A stretch of DNA of 43,941 bases. It comes from Basidioascus undulatus (Eukaryota). The stretch covers positions 1-43,941 of the forward strand of contig JTLS01000360.1 of the NCBI GenBank assembly GCA_000826855.1, written 5' to 3'. This document shows, in pieces, positions 23,952-35,622 of this stretch (its first letter is position 1; each line of letters begins with the position of its first letter). Under the pieces are notes generated by a model. It was not told the DNA's origin, searched no databases, and worked only from the letters and a program-made list of their open reading frames with translations. A program made the translations under genes and the position numbers.

Positions 23952-25309
23952 ATGGCACGCCGCGACGTCGAGTTCAAGTCCTCCGACGGCCTCACCTTTC
24001 GCGGTAAGTCTGCCGCCAGATCGCCCGCGTGAGTAGCTGGTGGCTAAGCACGGTTGTTCTGGTCCAGGGTGGTACTTCCCTTCACAGCACCTCCCAGGAC
24101 ACGGCTCCTGCGGTTGTCATGGCTCATGGGGTGCGTGCGCAGCGTAGTGGTAAGAGAAGTAGTTGGCTGGGCAATGCAGCTGACGTGTGATGGCAACCTC
24201 AACTTGATCCTCAGTGGACAGCTGTTAAGGAGATGGTACGGAGACTACTACTCGACGAATCTCTGTGAAATATTGACATGCTCAGGGCTGTTTCTGCAGG
24301 GCTTGGTGGACTTTGCGAAGGCTTTCAGCGACGGCGGGTTCGCAGTCCTCGTCTATGACAACCGCTGCTTTGGTGCATCGGAAGGGACTCCCTGGCAGGA
24401 GATCATCCCAGCTCTCCAGATGTCTGACTACTCGTAGGTCAAATGCTTCATGTTGTGCGACCGAGAGGTTGCGTTATGCTGACGCACACCTCCCAGCGAC
24501 GCGATCACATACGCGCAAACGCTGAAAAGTCAGAGGAAGGACACCTCCCCTGAGGGATACAGTCGCCGTCTCATCCTGTGCCTTGATCTTTTCGGAAGTT
24601 GACCCGTTGGGGCACGTCTTAAGCGGACGGTCACATCCTGCAGGTCGCTGCGGCCCACAAGCGGGTCAAAGCGGCCATCTCTCAGGTATGTGCGACCTGG
24701 TATTGTGAAAGGAAAACACAGTACTGATAGTACTACGGTTTGACTGCCTCCAGATGCCATTCGTGAGCGGGTCAAGGCTGTTCCATCGACTTGTTCGCAC
24801 CGACCACACTGAAGGCCTCGAAAAAGCCTTCGAAGCCAGTCAGCGCTTCAACCCTGCCTTACTTTCCCAAACCCCCGCATACTTTCTGACACCTTCTGCA
24901 TATTGGGTGTCCAGACCAGATCGTCGAGCTCGCGCTGGTGGCGTGAAGCCAGGCGTCGTGCCCCTCGCCGACAAAGATCCCCTTGCCACGAGCCCGCTTC
25001 CCACAGCCGAGAGCTGGGAGTGGTTCTCGAGCAACGGAATCGAGGGCGACGGCAAGGGCAAGTTTGTCAACGAGGTGGGCAATTGTCCTACCGTCTCGCT
25101 GGGCATCGGGCAATCTCCTTGAAAATTCCAGACAAACAGGTCACAATCAAATCGTATATCACGGCTTATGAAAATACATTGTCTTGTTCAAGTTACAATA
25201 CCTTTTCGACAGAATGGAGGCCATGAGGGCTTACAAGCCAGGCTTCCATATCCACCTCATCTCGCCCACGCCGCTGCTGATGGTCGTCGGAGACCGCGAC
25301 ACCATCAGC
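23952..25309 (+). pseudogene. Alpha/beta-hydrolase (S15/esterase-thiohydrolase-like) pseudogene, 3'-truncated
   Basis: MARRDVEFKSSDGLTFRGW, PAVVMAHG, AVKEM, VYDNRCFGASEG..QEI, SDAITYAQTL, ISPTPLLMVVGDRD. Lesions: frameshift between GWYFP and PAVVMAHG, nucleophile elbow reading WGTS*ADGH (TAA 24620-24622), and no catalytic-His segment. Confidence 0.85.
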
Positions 25310-26509
25310 CGGGGTCGGTCCCATAGTACTCAATCCCCTTCTGCAGTACCTCCGCCAGCTTGTCCCCATCCTCTTCGGCAAGCGCCTTCTTTCTACCCTC
25401 ATTCTTCACCCGCTCGACGAGAGTCTCCACGGGCCGGCGGATGACGTCCGCATGCAGAGAGAGGAGGTACCCGAAGAGCGTGCGTAGCGTGTCGGACGAG
25501 GGGGATGAGAGGAAAGCGGAGAGACTGGGCGACGACAGCGCGTCCCGCAGCTCGGGGATCGAGTTCAAGGAACGCTCAATCGCCTTGAGAGGGCGGAATC
25601 CGACAAAGCCTTGGAAGGGCGTGAGGGCGACCGCCTTAATTTGAGGATGACTGCGGGTGAGAGACGTGGAAGGGTAAACATCCGAAAGAACGCACAATCT
25701 CAGGCTTGTGGTTCTGGTCACTTCAACAAAAAGTCGTGAGGCTCCAGACATGAAACAATACAGCGGATTTATGGACGCACTTGAATTGCTCCGGGTTCTC
25801 CTTGTTGAGCTTCTCCGCAAGCTTCTTGTCGGGGTGGATTTGCAGCGGCAGCGCTGAAGGAGCAATCAGACCAAATCAGCCTTTCCTCGTGAAGCGTACT
25901 ATTGGCGATTTTGAAGATGAGGTGGGAAGTAGCATGCTCGTCAGACTGACCTTGCTTGCACGTCAAGATCTTGCTGTATTTCGTCGTAGACCGCAGTCAG
26001 CTCTGTGCGTTGAACGTTATGTAGGTAGAGGGAATCACAGGATCGACTCACAAAAGGAACGGAACGTGTGCGCTAGTCGGATCATCCGCAGGAGCGGGGA
26101 ACCTGTCCTTGGGCAAGCTGCCCAAGAGCTCGGGGTGCTTCTTGAGGTGCTCCGAAAGCGTGACTGACGTGTCAGAACGCAGGCGGGCTGGACCACTGAA
26201 GATAGGCGTATGTCTCTTAAGTCAATATCAAACACGATCAGGCACGAACCAATGACAACGTACTTTTTGTGTGTCCCCATCCAAAGCTCTGCGTGAGGCG
26301 CCTTCGGGTCCGCCTTGGACCCGGGCTCGCCCGCCTCGGGCAGATACTTGGCAACCAGCGAATCGAACCCAATCTTGCCCCCTGTATATCGACCGGAACG
26401 GGAAGGCTTTAATCAGCACACTCTTAAATAATAAGGCCGAGTGAGAGGAGTGCGGACATAGGTAGTTCTGCGGCTGGCACGCGAGACGGAAGATCTTGTC
26501 GTGCGACAT
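25305..26509 (-). pseudogene. PMI40: Mannose-6-phosphate isomerase (type I PMI), 3'-truncated
   Basis: [55 protein letters not shown]. The frame stops right after YGTDPG, so the C-terminal part with the PHAY zinc ligand is missing. Confidence 0.9.
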
Positions 26510-27470
26510 GTTTGTGATTCGAAAATTGGGTGAGGATGATACGAAAAGGTCAGTTGAGATATGTGTGATGCATGCAGGAATGAAAGATGCTGAGGAGAAG
26601 GTATCCATGAAGACGCCCTGCCAGCAGGCTGATGACGAAGGTGTGAATGCATGATAAGAGATCGACGGGACGTGGAGCGGCGCTTGGAGGCTGGAGCGTC
26701 CAGTTCGGCCCGGTCGCAACGACTGAGACATTGGCAGGCTGCAATGCATTCTCGTAATTTTTTGGTGGTTGAAGCGTGAATTGCAATTTGTTCGAGATGA
26801 ACCCAAAGGAGGGAGGAGAAGGGAACTACTACGGGTAAGCTGCGAGCACCCAGGCGAGGAACGCTGTCCTGCCGATGAAAAACAGGGAGGGAAACCTGGG
26901 TCAAACATGCCGACCATGTGTTGTGCTCGAGGAGTATTCTCAGGAGCTTTCTAGCCTCAGCACGGGGATGGCAGAAGAGAGTGGAAGCTATCTGGAAGAC
27001 TTTTGAGGGCCGTCGCTAGCCGCTGCAGGCCGACCGCACAATACAATTTGCACAGTGGAGAACTTTGCTGATATTATCCAACATGCTGCGGCAGGAGCAG
27101 CTCTTCCCAGGCTCCAAAAAACTGCACTAATTGCAGGTCGGGCTAAGAAAATACTGGTTACGGGACGCCTGGAAGAGAATGCGGGAATGCACGTCGACCT
27201 CTCACTGACAATATCCAGCGACCACGCTGCATACTTCGAGATTGGGACGGGATTGGAATAGAAAGTTCAAACATGAGTTCATTCAAAGGACGTAGAGATC
27301 ACGAAAGAGAATGCTGGTCAAGGTCATGCCCTGCAACACCCGGTCCTGACCCACTGCCCCAAAAGATACCGACGACCTTCGTCCAGGCAGCGAGACGCAG
27401 AGGCTGAAATAAACGAGGGGTGGTAAACGCTCCTTTCCTGGCTGCCACAAATCAAACGGAGAGAGCGTAC

Positions 27471-27701
27471 CCCGTTGAGCTTCTTCTTGAGAGCGGCCTG
27501 GACGTCCAGCTCGAGAGCCTTGCGCTTGATGGCCTCGGACGTGCGGCCACGGAAGAGCTGAAGGATGTGGGCCTTCTTGCCTGCGTTCGAGGAGGCATAT
27601 CCCTTGGACTTGAGGCTGGCGTCCCAGCCGAGAGGAGCGAGCAGGACGTCGGCGTTGTCGAGGAGCAGGGCCTCCTCGGCCTTTGACCACTTGGAGCCGG
27701 A
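27471..27701 (-). CDS. Exon encoding a divergent Myb/SANT-like domain; full gene not resolved
   Basis: Bounded by TGTAG and GTACGC splice sites. Reads SGSKWSKAEEALLLDNADVLLAPLGWDASLKS...ILQLFRGRTSEAIKRKALELDVQAALKKKLNG (W-S-x-x-E-E-x-L-L, GW and GRT-x-x-x-I-K motifs). Confidence 0.55.
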
Positions 27702-29422
27702 CTACACCCAAGCAGTGGGTTTTTGGGCCAATTTACTCCTTCGATCACTCTGCAGGGCATCGGCGCTTGGCCTTGGGCAATGCGGTCAGACCGACGATGC
27801 GAACTCCGCTGCAGAGGTCTACCTCATTCTGATTTGCAGTAGCCACTATCTATCTGGTCGTATACTCTGAGAAGAGCTTCCAAGTGCGTGATATTTAATC
27901 TCACTCGTGCTCCCCACCGTCTCGACGGTTGGTGGCTGCAGCCGTCCAATGACAAGGAACGAGGTCTGTGACATTCCACGTAAACCCGGCCTCGAAGTCT
28001 TCAAAAATTAATTAATCCACGAGTTAAATTTATACTGGCAGCCGTACCTAGCAACATGTACAGGGGAAGTGAGCCGCGAGCGAGAACCTGCCGGGACGTT
28101 GCTGGAGCCCTGAGCTCTCGTAAGTGCGATCGACGGCTTCCCTCCACTGCTGTAAATAATATCAGTGTATAATACAGACCAAAATTCTAATCTGTTGGCC
28201 AAACGTGTTCGGGACGTTCTCCACAAACTCCCTCGGAAAGGCACCGCCGCCTTAGGCAAGACGCACAGCGGAGAGCGAGAGGGACCGGGATCTGCGAGCA
28301 CGGCCACTCGAGAGCTAACATATGTCCATAAAAGACATGAGGATTATCTTTGATAGGTCCTCTACCGTCCTGCGGACAGCCTGAGACAAACCAAGGACTT
28401 AACTGCAGTCCAAAGTAATTTCCTCCATCACCGGCGTCAGAACGCTCCTGAAGCTGGGAAGCCATGAATAACTTCCTTACATTGAGAAAGACTAATCGAA
28501 GGCCTCAACACCTCCTTCTTCTTCCCCCAAAACAGACAGCTCAGGCAACACTCGCCAGTTTGGCAGTCCTTGCAGGTCGCACGGCACTGACAGTGATCCC
28601 GAAGCGGGCGACGGGCATTCGCCCCCGGAAAGATGAGCCTGGAATCGCCCGGATGAATTTAAATTAGTGACAGGTCCTATTCTAAGAGTGAGAACTGAGC
28701 TTCAGGAACGATAGGAAATGGATGGATGGTGTGGTGAGTTCACAAACGACGACGACAACGCAGTCGTCCTCGCAGACTACTGGAAGGTTGTCACACCCAC
28801 AGAGCTTGTAACCTCTTACTGTACGCCCAAAATCTTAATTAAAGACAGTCATATGGGAACATTCTCTACTCTATTAAAATACACATGCAACAAATGGACC
28901 CTCTGCATCTTCGCACTTAGCAGGGAGCCCTTCCATCATCCTCGCGCCCGCAGGGACATTACACGGTCCCCTGAAGCAGATAGAATTACATATTACATCA
29001 TTCAATATATTCTCGAAAACAAACGGTAGCACGGCAGCTTCTTTGCCGGACCGCCCACCAAAAAAAGCAAGGTTGAGGAGCCGCATGGCACACTTCGTCA
29101 ACTTGACCCTGAAAGCCTTCTGATCCTTCCCACCACTCACATTGGTCAATGTAACATGACTTACCCACGTTGTTGTACTTTAGAGTTTAGGCCGAGATAC
29201 AAAGCGGAAGTTGTACGTGACGGTCTTCCGTGAGACCGTCTTCGCTCCTTGCCTGAGTTCCGCAGTCTACCTCTACTTCGTATGGCTGATGATGCACTTA
29301 TATGTAATCTATTCCTGCCCGAATGCCTAAACGGCTCTGAACCCGCCCTTAAAGTCTTGCAATGCACCATCGCCCTCGCGTCTTCCTTGACTTCCTTTTA
29401 CACCGTTATAACGACTTCCGCC

Positions 29423-29504
29423 GGCGCTTTGGCGGAGTGGTTAACGCGCTGCCCTGCTAAGGCAGTTCACATTGTGAGCGTGTGTTCGAATCACACAGGC
29501 GTCG
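29423..29504 (+). tRNA. tRNA-Ser(GCT): tRNA-Ser (anticodon GCT), intronless, long variable arm
   Basis: Acceptor stem GGCGCTT/AGGCGTC with discriminator G; D-arm TGGCGGAGTGGTTAA; anticodon arm CTGCC-CTGCTAA-GGCAG; variable arm TCAC-ATT-GTGA; T-arm GTGTG-TTCGAAT-CACAC; followed by TATTTT. Confidence 0.97.
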
Positions 29505-30114
29505 TATTTTGGTGCAGAGACGAATGATCTTGCGGCGTACTCCTTTGAGGACGCGCAAGGCCCGAGCGAGGAGGCGAAGACGTTTGGCAGCCCCTTGCCC
29601 TCAATGTGGCCTGCACGCGCATTCTCCTTTATTTCCGACAGTTTGAACATATCTTTTATGCTTCTGATACACCAGATTTGCAAGGTCAGCATCGTATCAG
29701 TTGGGGGGGGGGGTATTTGGCCAGCTCAAGATGCCAACCGCCTCGCCTTTGGCTGACGCAACAGGCCAAAGAGATAAAGCCGTCGTGTCTAGTGACTGCA
29801 CAGTTTGTTTTCCTGCATGATAGGTTCTAAATATATTCCACAGATATATGTACAATCTGAGCCGTCGGATGTGTGTGTGACGGCAGGCAACGTGGAGTGC
29901 GCGTGCATCAAGGCAGGCGGTTTTCAGCACGCTCCCATCTTTCATAATAATTGCACGTTCCCATAAAGGTCAGCTGAGGTTTGAAACCTGTCTCTTGAGT
30001 GCTTTCTATCGAATTCGGTTTTGTAGTAAGGCCAACATTGCCCTGTCTCTTCAGAAAGCAAATTCAGAGGTCTTCAACTCGTCAGCTGTCCGGGTTGCCT
30101 GAGGTAAGGATAGA

Positions 30115-30249
30115 CTCATGCTCATACATTCTCGACGTATGTATGAGAATATGAATTTGTATGACCACATAACCTCATACTGCTTCATACTATGAGTTTT
30201 GTATGAGGATGATGAGAACCTCCAAGTTTGCGTGGGATCAAAGTATGAA
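30115..30249. repeat. Array of ~9 TCATA(C)/(G)TATGA motifs in both orientations, resembling a DNA-transposon subterminal region
   Basis: CTCATAC 30121 and 30174; TTCATAC 30184; GTATGAG 30141 and 30201; GTATGAC 30159; CTATGAG 30190; GTATGAA 30243. Includes a perfect inverted pair CTCATACAT/ATGTATGAG. Confidence 0.7.
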
Positions 30250-33007
30250 CGAGGTGCAGGCGCAACCCAACCAGTTTTCCCTGATCTGCAACATCGATCG
30301 TCAACCGCTCTGAAGCAGACTTGAATAAACATCTGTGGAAAAAACTGAAACTCCCCGTAGCCCAGCCATCAATTGACCATCACAGCCTCCTCGATTGTCT
30401 CCGCCGACCGGCGGGTCAAGCGTGTGTCTTCACAAATCTGACACAAAAGAAGAAAAAAGGTGCTCAATCAACACACGACTTGAAAGGAGAGCAAGAATAT
30501 TACTGAAAAATTGATGCTTTAGGAAACAGGAGTGTGTGGTCCTGTACACAAGCGTAAGCTACTATCTTCTACCATGCTAAAATGTTCCTCCCAGCCCCGC
30601 CGTTGGAGCCTTCCAGCAGAGGTAGCGCTCAGCCTCTGTCCGCCAGTTATGCACAGTCTTTGCCTTGCCTGGAAGGAAAAGGATAAAGCTGGTAGTAGTC
30701 TTCCGCTATCTCATTCGCCCGGGGGCAGCAGTTTTTGGCATGCATGGTATAGCCAGACAGCGGTACCTTGTGTTTCCTTACAGCTTCCACTCTCCTTTGG
30801 ATTGCAAAAGAAGTTTTGTTCTTCCTCATTGGTCAATCACAGCTGTTAGACACACTTGAGTTTGGTGGAAAGGTGCCAGCCAGCCCAGGTGACATATCCG
30901 CTTGCCTGCCCCACTTCCCACGTTGCGATTAGCACTCATTTTTCCTATCAGACAACCTGGGCACAGGATATAGAAGGGAAAACTTCTTTACAAAATGCTC
31001 ACAGCTGTACACTAACAACCGGTAGGAATAGCAATAATGATTTGGGTTGACGTGAATATGGTGGTTTAGGTCGGGCACGGAATAGCTCGTCTTGGTCGGA
31101 GCGGCCCTTTGCTGAATGTGCGCAGGCATTTTCTGGATGGTGAGCCTGAGCATCGACGTCGTGACAAGGCATTCTATCGCCGCTGATAATTTTTTTCGTT
31201 AGGCCGAGGCCGCTATCGCACTTGCTTATCCCCGAGCCCGAGAACCAAGGTTGCTTTCTGGGCTTCTGGCTTTCCTTTCTTGTTTGTAGGTCTACGCTCC
31301 CACCACAGACTCAGTACCAAAAACTTACATGCCGTATGAGCGCAGTGGGGCAGACCCTGGGTGGCGCAATCAGTAATGGCACACCCACAGCACCCACAGT
31401 TGAAAAGCATAGCAGGCATTGATTACCTTGTACCGATGCAGACCTTGGCATCAATGCAAACAACGATCAATGGCGCCCATGTTTCGCTGTATACAAAAAC
31501 AGTGGGAAATAATCTGCTATCTTTCACCTACAGCCTCCATGTGGTTTTCCTCGTGTTCATAGCACTGCATACGCACCCTTGTCATCCTGTTCTCGTTTGC
31601 CATCCAGCCCGCTGATGGTCTCACATCAACATAGGCGACGGGTTCCTTTGCCGGACTGCTCCTCACCCCACCGGTATGCCTCGTTCCTTATTAAGGCAAG
31701 GCCAGCAGGGCTTCTGATCAAGCGGGCACGACAGCAGAACACAGCGCACGGACGGCGCTCAAGTCAAGCTGCCATCAACAACTCGTTCAAGCACGAGATC
31801 AAAGCGACCCTGAAGCTTTTCTTCAGTCGCAATGTACGCCTAAGATCTAACGTCTTCATGAATGCTCTGGTGTCTCTGTGATATTTAACGTGCCTTCTCC
31901 TTTCCAGTTCCTCCTGATCCGTGCCTCTCATTGCCCAGTCGGTGTACAGCGAAGCATTTATGTTCACTACCTCTCACGTTCGTGTATCTTACCTTAGAGC
32001 GTAAGGTCGCTTGTCTGATTCCCCCACACAGTATTGTTTACCGTGCGAGCCAGGGCGCTAGGCTCATTCTTGAGCGGACTTGTCGCGATCATCTCGGGCA
32101 ACTTGCTCGGGGTATGTCCATGCTGCACTTCGCTGTCAAAGAACGTAGTATGCTGATGGGGTTACATGCCAGTACTTTCTTGACCGCAAGACTATTTTGC
32201 TCCGGACGCAGCTCCCGCGGCCTTCATTGTCACGCTGACACTTCAAGGAGCCTAGCGGATCTGGGCGACAATCCTCAACACCGGTGGGCATTGATGAGGT
32301 GGTCTTGATTGTTCCCAGCTAAATAGCAGACTCACTGCCACCTTTATTTTTCAGAATCCAAGCGCACCAAACCGACTCTCGACTGTCCAGCGCCGGGCTC
32401 GGCCCGCGGCTTCACGCTGTTCGTCTTCCTCGTCGCCAACTTCCAGCTCAACTATCGCTATCTCTACTTCGTCGTCGGGAGCCTCGCGAAGACCCAGGAG
32501 GAGGTCGTGCACATTTCGTGCCTCCTTCGCGCCACCGAGTCGGCGGCGCAAGCAGTCAGTTATGGCTTGAATTCGCAGGAAGGGTACGTCATGGTCGGGG
32601 CGAGCAGCCTCAACTTCAGGCTGTAGGGCGTCAGTCTTGTCCCGGCCTGGCTGGTAGCGAGGCCGATTGGGGTGGGAAATTGATGCAGTCGACAGCCTCC
32701 GCAACGAATCAGAGTAACTTGTGCTTGTACTTGATTATTTCAGGGAGTAGGTATAGTTGTGTTGTACAACAAAATAACCAAGAGAAGCCCGGAAGTACCA
32801 CCACTGCTGAGTTGGAGAGGAGAGGCGGTTAGCCTTCACGCCTGCCCCCACTCAGGGAGCGGGTATGGCGGTGAGCAGGTGGCCCGCTCGAGCTTGAAGG
32901 TCCAGCCAACGACGAAGGCGCGTCGGGCGGGCTTCCCGTCGCGGAAGGTGAGCTTGTGGAGTTGTTGCTGCAGCGTGAATGTCGTCAGCGGGAAGGTGGG
33001 AGGCTCG

Positions 33008-34300
33008 TTAGATTTCAGAGACGTACTCCTCCAGCTCTTGAAGTGTGGGCGTTTCAAGATTGTTTTGCTCGAGTATCTCGTGCAGCTGAAAGAAAAGGTG
33101 GCAGTCAGAGGCTGTCGCGGTGTGGGAAGGCAACGGGGCGCAGGAAGGTACCTGGTCGACGTATTCAATCGCGCGGGTGATAAGCGAGACCTGGAACGAA
33201 GAACATTGTTGAGTGTTCTGATGAATACGTTCGAGTAGATGTGTCTCTAGGTACCTTGGAGTGAACTTTCGTCGTTGACGGCAGACGATCCTCGAGCGCC
33301 TTGAAAGCCTGTCAAGGGAAGCGCCAGGTTATTAAGGCAGCGCACGCGAGCCCGTCGCAAAGAAGCAACACACCTCTCGGAGAGTGTCGCGGCGTTTTTG
33401 CTCTGTGAGAAATTCATGCGAGGTCAGATCAACCGACTGGGCGCGTGAGGGAACGGGAAAACAAACCCGATTCCAGTCGCGCTTTCTTGACCTCCTCACG
33501 CGGACGTCGTTTGGGACGAGTTCTGTAAGTTGACGTTCAGCTTCATCATGACGAATGAAAATCTGCAGGGGGAAGAAGGAACTACTCACGATTGCGACAC
33601 GTTTGACGGCTCCTCCCCCTCAGCTTCATCCTCCTCCTCGTCCCTGTCGCTCTCTCCATCTTTCACCGTGCCAGCCGCCGAGCTCTCGGCTGCGCTGGAC
33701 CTTCTCCTCTTGGACGAACTACGGAGAGGAACGCTCGGAGGTGGTGGAGGATTTGCAGGGGCTGCACTCGAGCTCGAGCCCGACGTCCGCGCTCTGGCGG
33801 GTGCTGGACGCGGAGGCGGAAGCGGTGGAGCGGGAGCGGGCCATGATTGTTGGTGAGGGGTGGGCGGGCTGGTCATTGCCGCAGGAACGGGTGTAGGGGC
33901 GTATATTGGGGGTCCGTAAAGCTGCGGATGGGCGTGTATGGGTGGGAGGGGTCGGGCGTGGATCCCGCCAGGAATTGAAGACACGGCAGCGGCGCTTTGC
34001 ACAGGCGGCAGTGAGCGTGGAGTGGGTGGCCGGCGATCTGCAGTCGCATGGGTTTAGTTTGAGCTGGAAGAATATTTTCGTGCAAAAGTGAACAATACAC
34101 TCACCGAGATCCATACTGGCAGAAGGCTTCGGAAGGTACACGCCGGCGCCCTGCTGCTGCGCAGCCGACGGGTGAATGGTGAGGCTCGCCAAGCGCGGAC
34201 TAAGCGCGCGATGTGCTGCAGGATGGGCCAGCGAAGGAAGCGGCAGAGTCGTCGAAGATAATTGTCCAAGAGCGGGCGGCGGAGGGAGCGAAGGAAGCAT
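33008..34300 (-). CDS. bHLH transcription factor with a Pro/Ser-rich N-terminus, 7 exons
   Basis: Splicing short exons gives EVKKARLES|EQKRRDTLRE|AFKALEDRLPSTTKVHSK|VSLITRAIEYVDQ|LHEILEQNN..EI*, i.e. basic region ExxRR, helix1-P, loop, and K-x-x-(I/L)-x-x-x-A-I-E-Y helix2. All phases are consistent. Confidence 0.88.
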
Positions 34301-35622
34301 GGTGGGATGACGAGCCCGAGAGTTCCTTTCGTCGAACATGATGCCCGTGAGCGTGTTTCAGCCTGCCCGGCAAAAGCGCTATACGATAGCGCCGCGGCAC
34401 CGGGTGTAGATTGAGCTCCGCGGAAACTGAGCCTCAAAGTCGCTCGATGGATTGAGAGGGCGAAATGGTATGAGGATTTCCACGCGGACAGGAAGCCGAA
34501 TGGTCAGTTACTCGGAGCGACGATCCAAGTGGGAGGAGGAGTAGGACGTGGTAAGACGGTAAGAGTACAATGCCCGCAGTCTGCTCGCAAGAGTCGCCAC
34601 CGCGCAGCAGGCGCATAGGAAAATGAAGCGGATCGCTAGAGTCTATACGCAGCAACACGGGAGCGGCGCTTGCTGCGGCGGGGGCGGCGCTTTGACGATC
34701 CATGCCCAGTGTACCACCGAGAACAATTGACTGCCAATATTTTATCTTCCTGGATATGTATCATTGCCTTGAAACCAATGCCCAGCTTTCTTTACTGGAA
34801 AGATCTTCGGCACACGATTATATGTGCAGACGTTCAACAGAGGTCCTGGTGAAGCAAAAACGCCGCGAGTTGGTCCTCCGCAGCAGTACTGACTGTCAGA
34901 CCAGGAACGCTCCTGCATGTCGCCTCGTGCCTTTTCCGAAGAGTACTAGTGTAGTTAGTCTCGTACTCGACGACACGAGGTGCGCGGGATCATTCAACGA
35001 GATCAAAAAACAACACCACTCGCTCAACGGTGGTTTCATTACCTCAAGGTCCTTCGCAGACTGAGGGGAGGTGAGGTGGCTCGTTAGTGGGCGATCATAG
35101 TGCCCTTCAATGTTCAAGAAAACAAGAAATCAAAGAAATTGACTGTTGCTATCACGCACTGCGCACCCGGCTTTGCGCAGCCCCGTCTTGGAGGTTCACT
35201 GCGTATGAAACCGAAAAAAAATGCAGCGTGGATTGTGTCTGCGACAGAGAGAGTGAGACTTGATAGACCATCTAAATGCATGCCCAGGCTCAAGATGGGG
35301 CTGCAGTACAGCCACGGATAGGACGCTGATTCGCTGTTGACTCGCTTGTAAGAGGGCTAGGGCTGCTCGTGATGCCATGCCAGGCTTGCTGTTCCTCTGG
35401 ACATGACCGGTTTGCAGGCCTACAAAGTGGATTTTCCATTCGTAACGTTTTGAGCTTAGCGGGTTAAAGGCAGCGGAACAAAGAATGATACGAACTTCCG
35501 ATTTGGAACACGACAGAAACGTGTTGAATCCGTAGTCAACTCCCAGGGTCAACAGCATACATCACTGTAATCACTGAGTCGAGTTCATTCATTTATTTTG
35601 AGGTCCATACGGACATCCCAAA

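Noticed and set aside
29423..29504. Possibility that the tRNA is a recoding or suppressor species
   Set aside because: GCT anticodon, long variable arm and G discriminator are all standard for serine.
32351..32704. 117-aa - strand ORF with an acidic helical stretch
   Set aside because: No true start, recognisable domain or splice partners; may be a gene remnant but cannot be supported.
33387..34868. Exact 16-nt inverted match AGCAAAAACGCCGCGA between the bHLH basic-region exon (33387-33402) and 34853-34868
   Set aside because: Similarity does not extend, and one 16-mer match in 44 kb is roughly at chance level.
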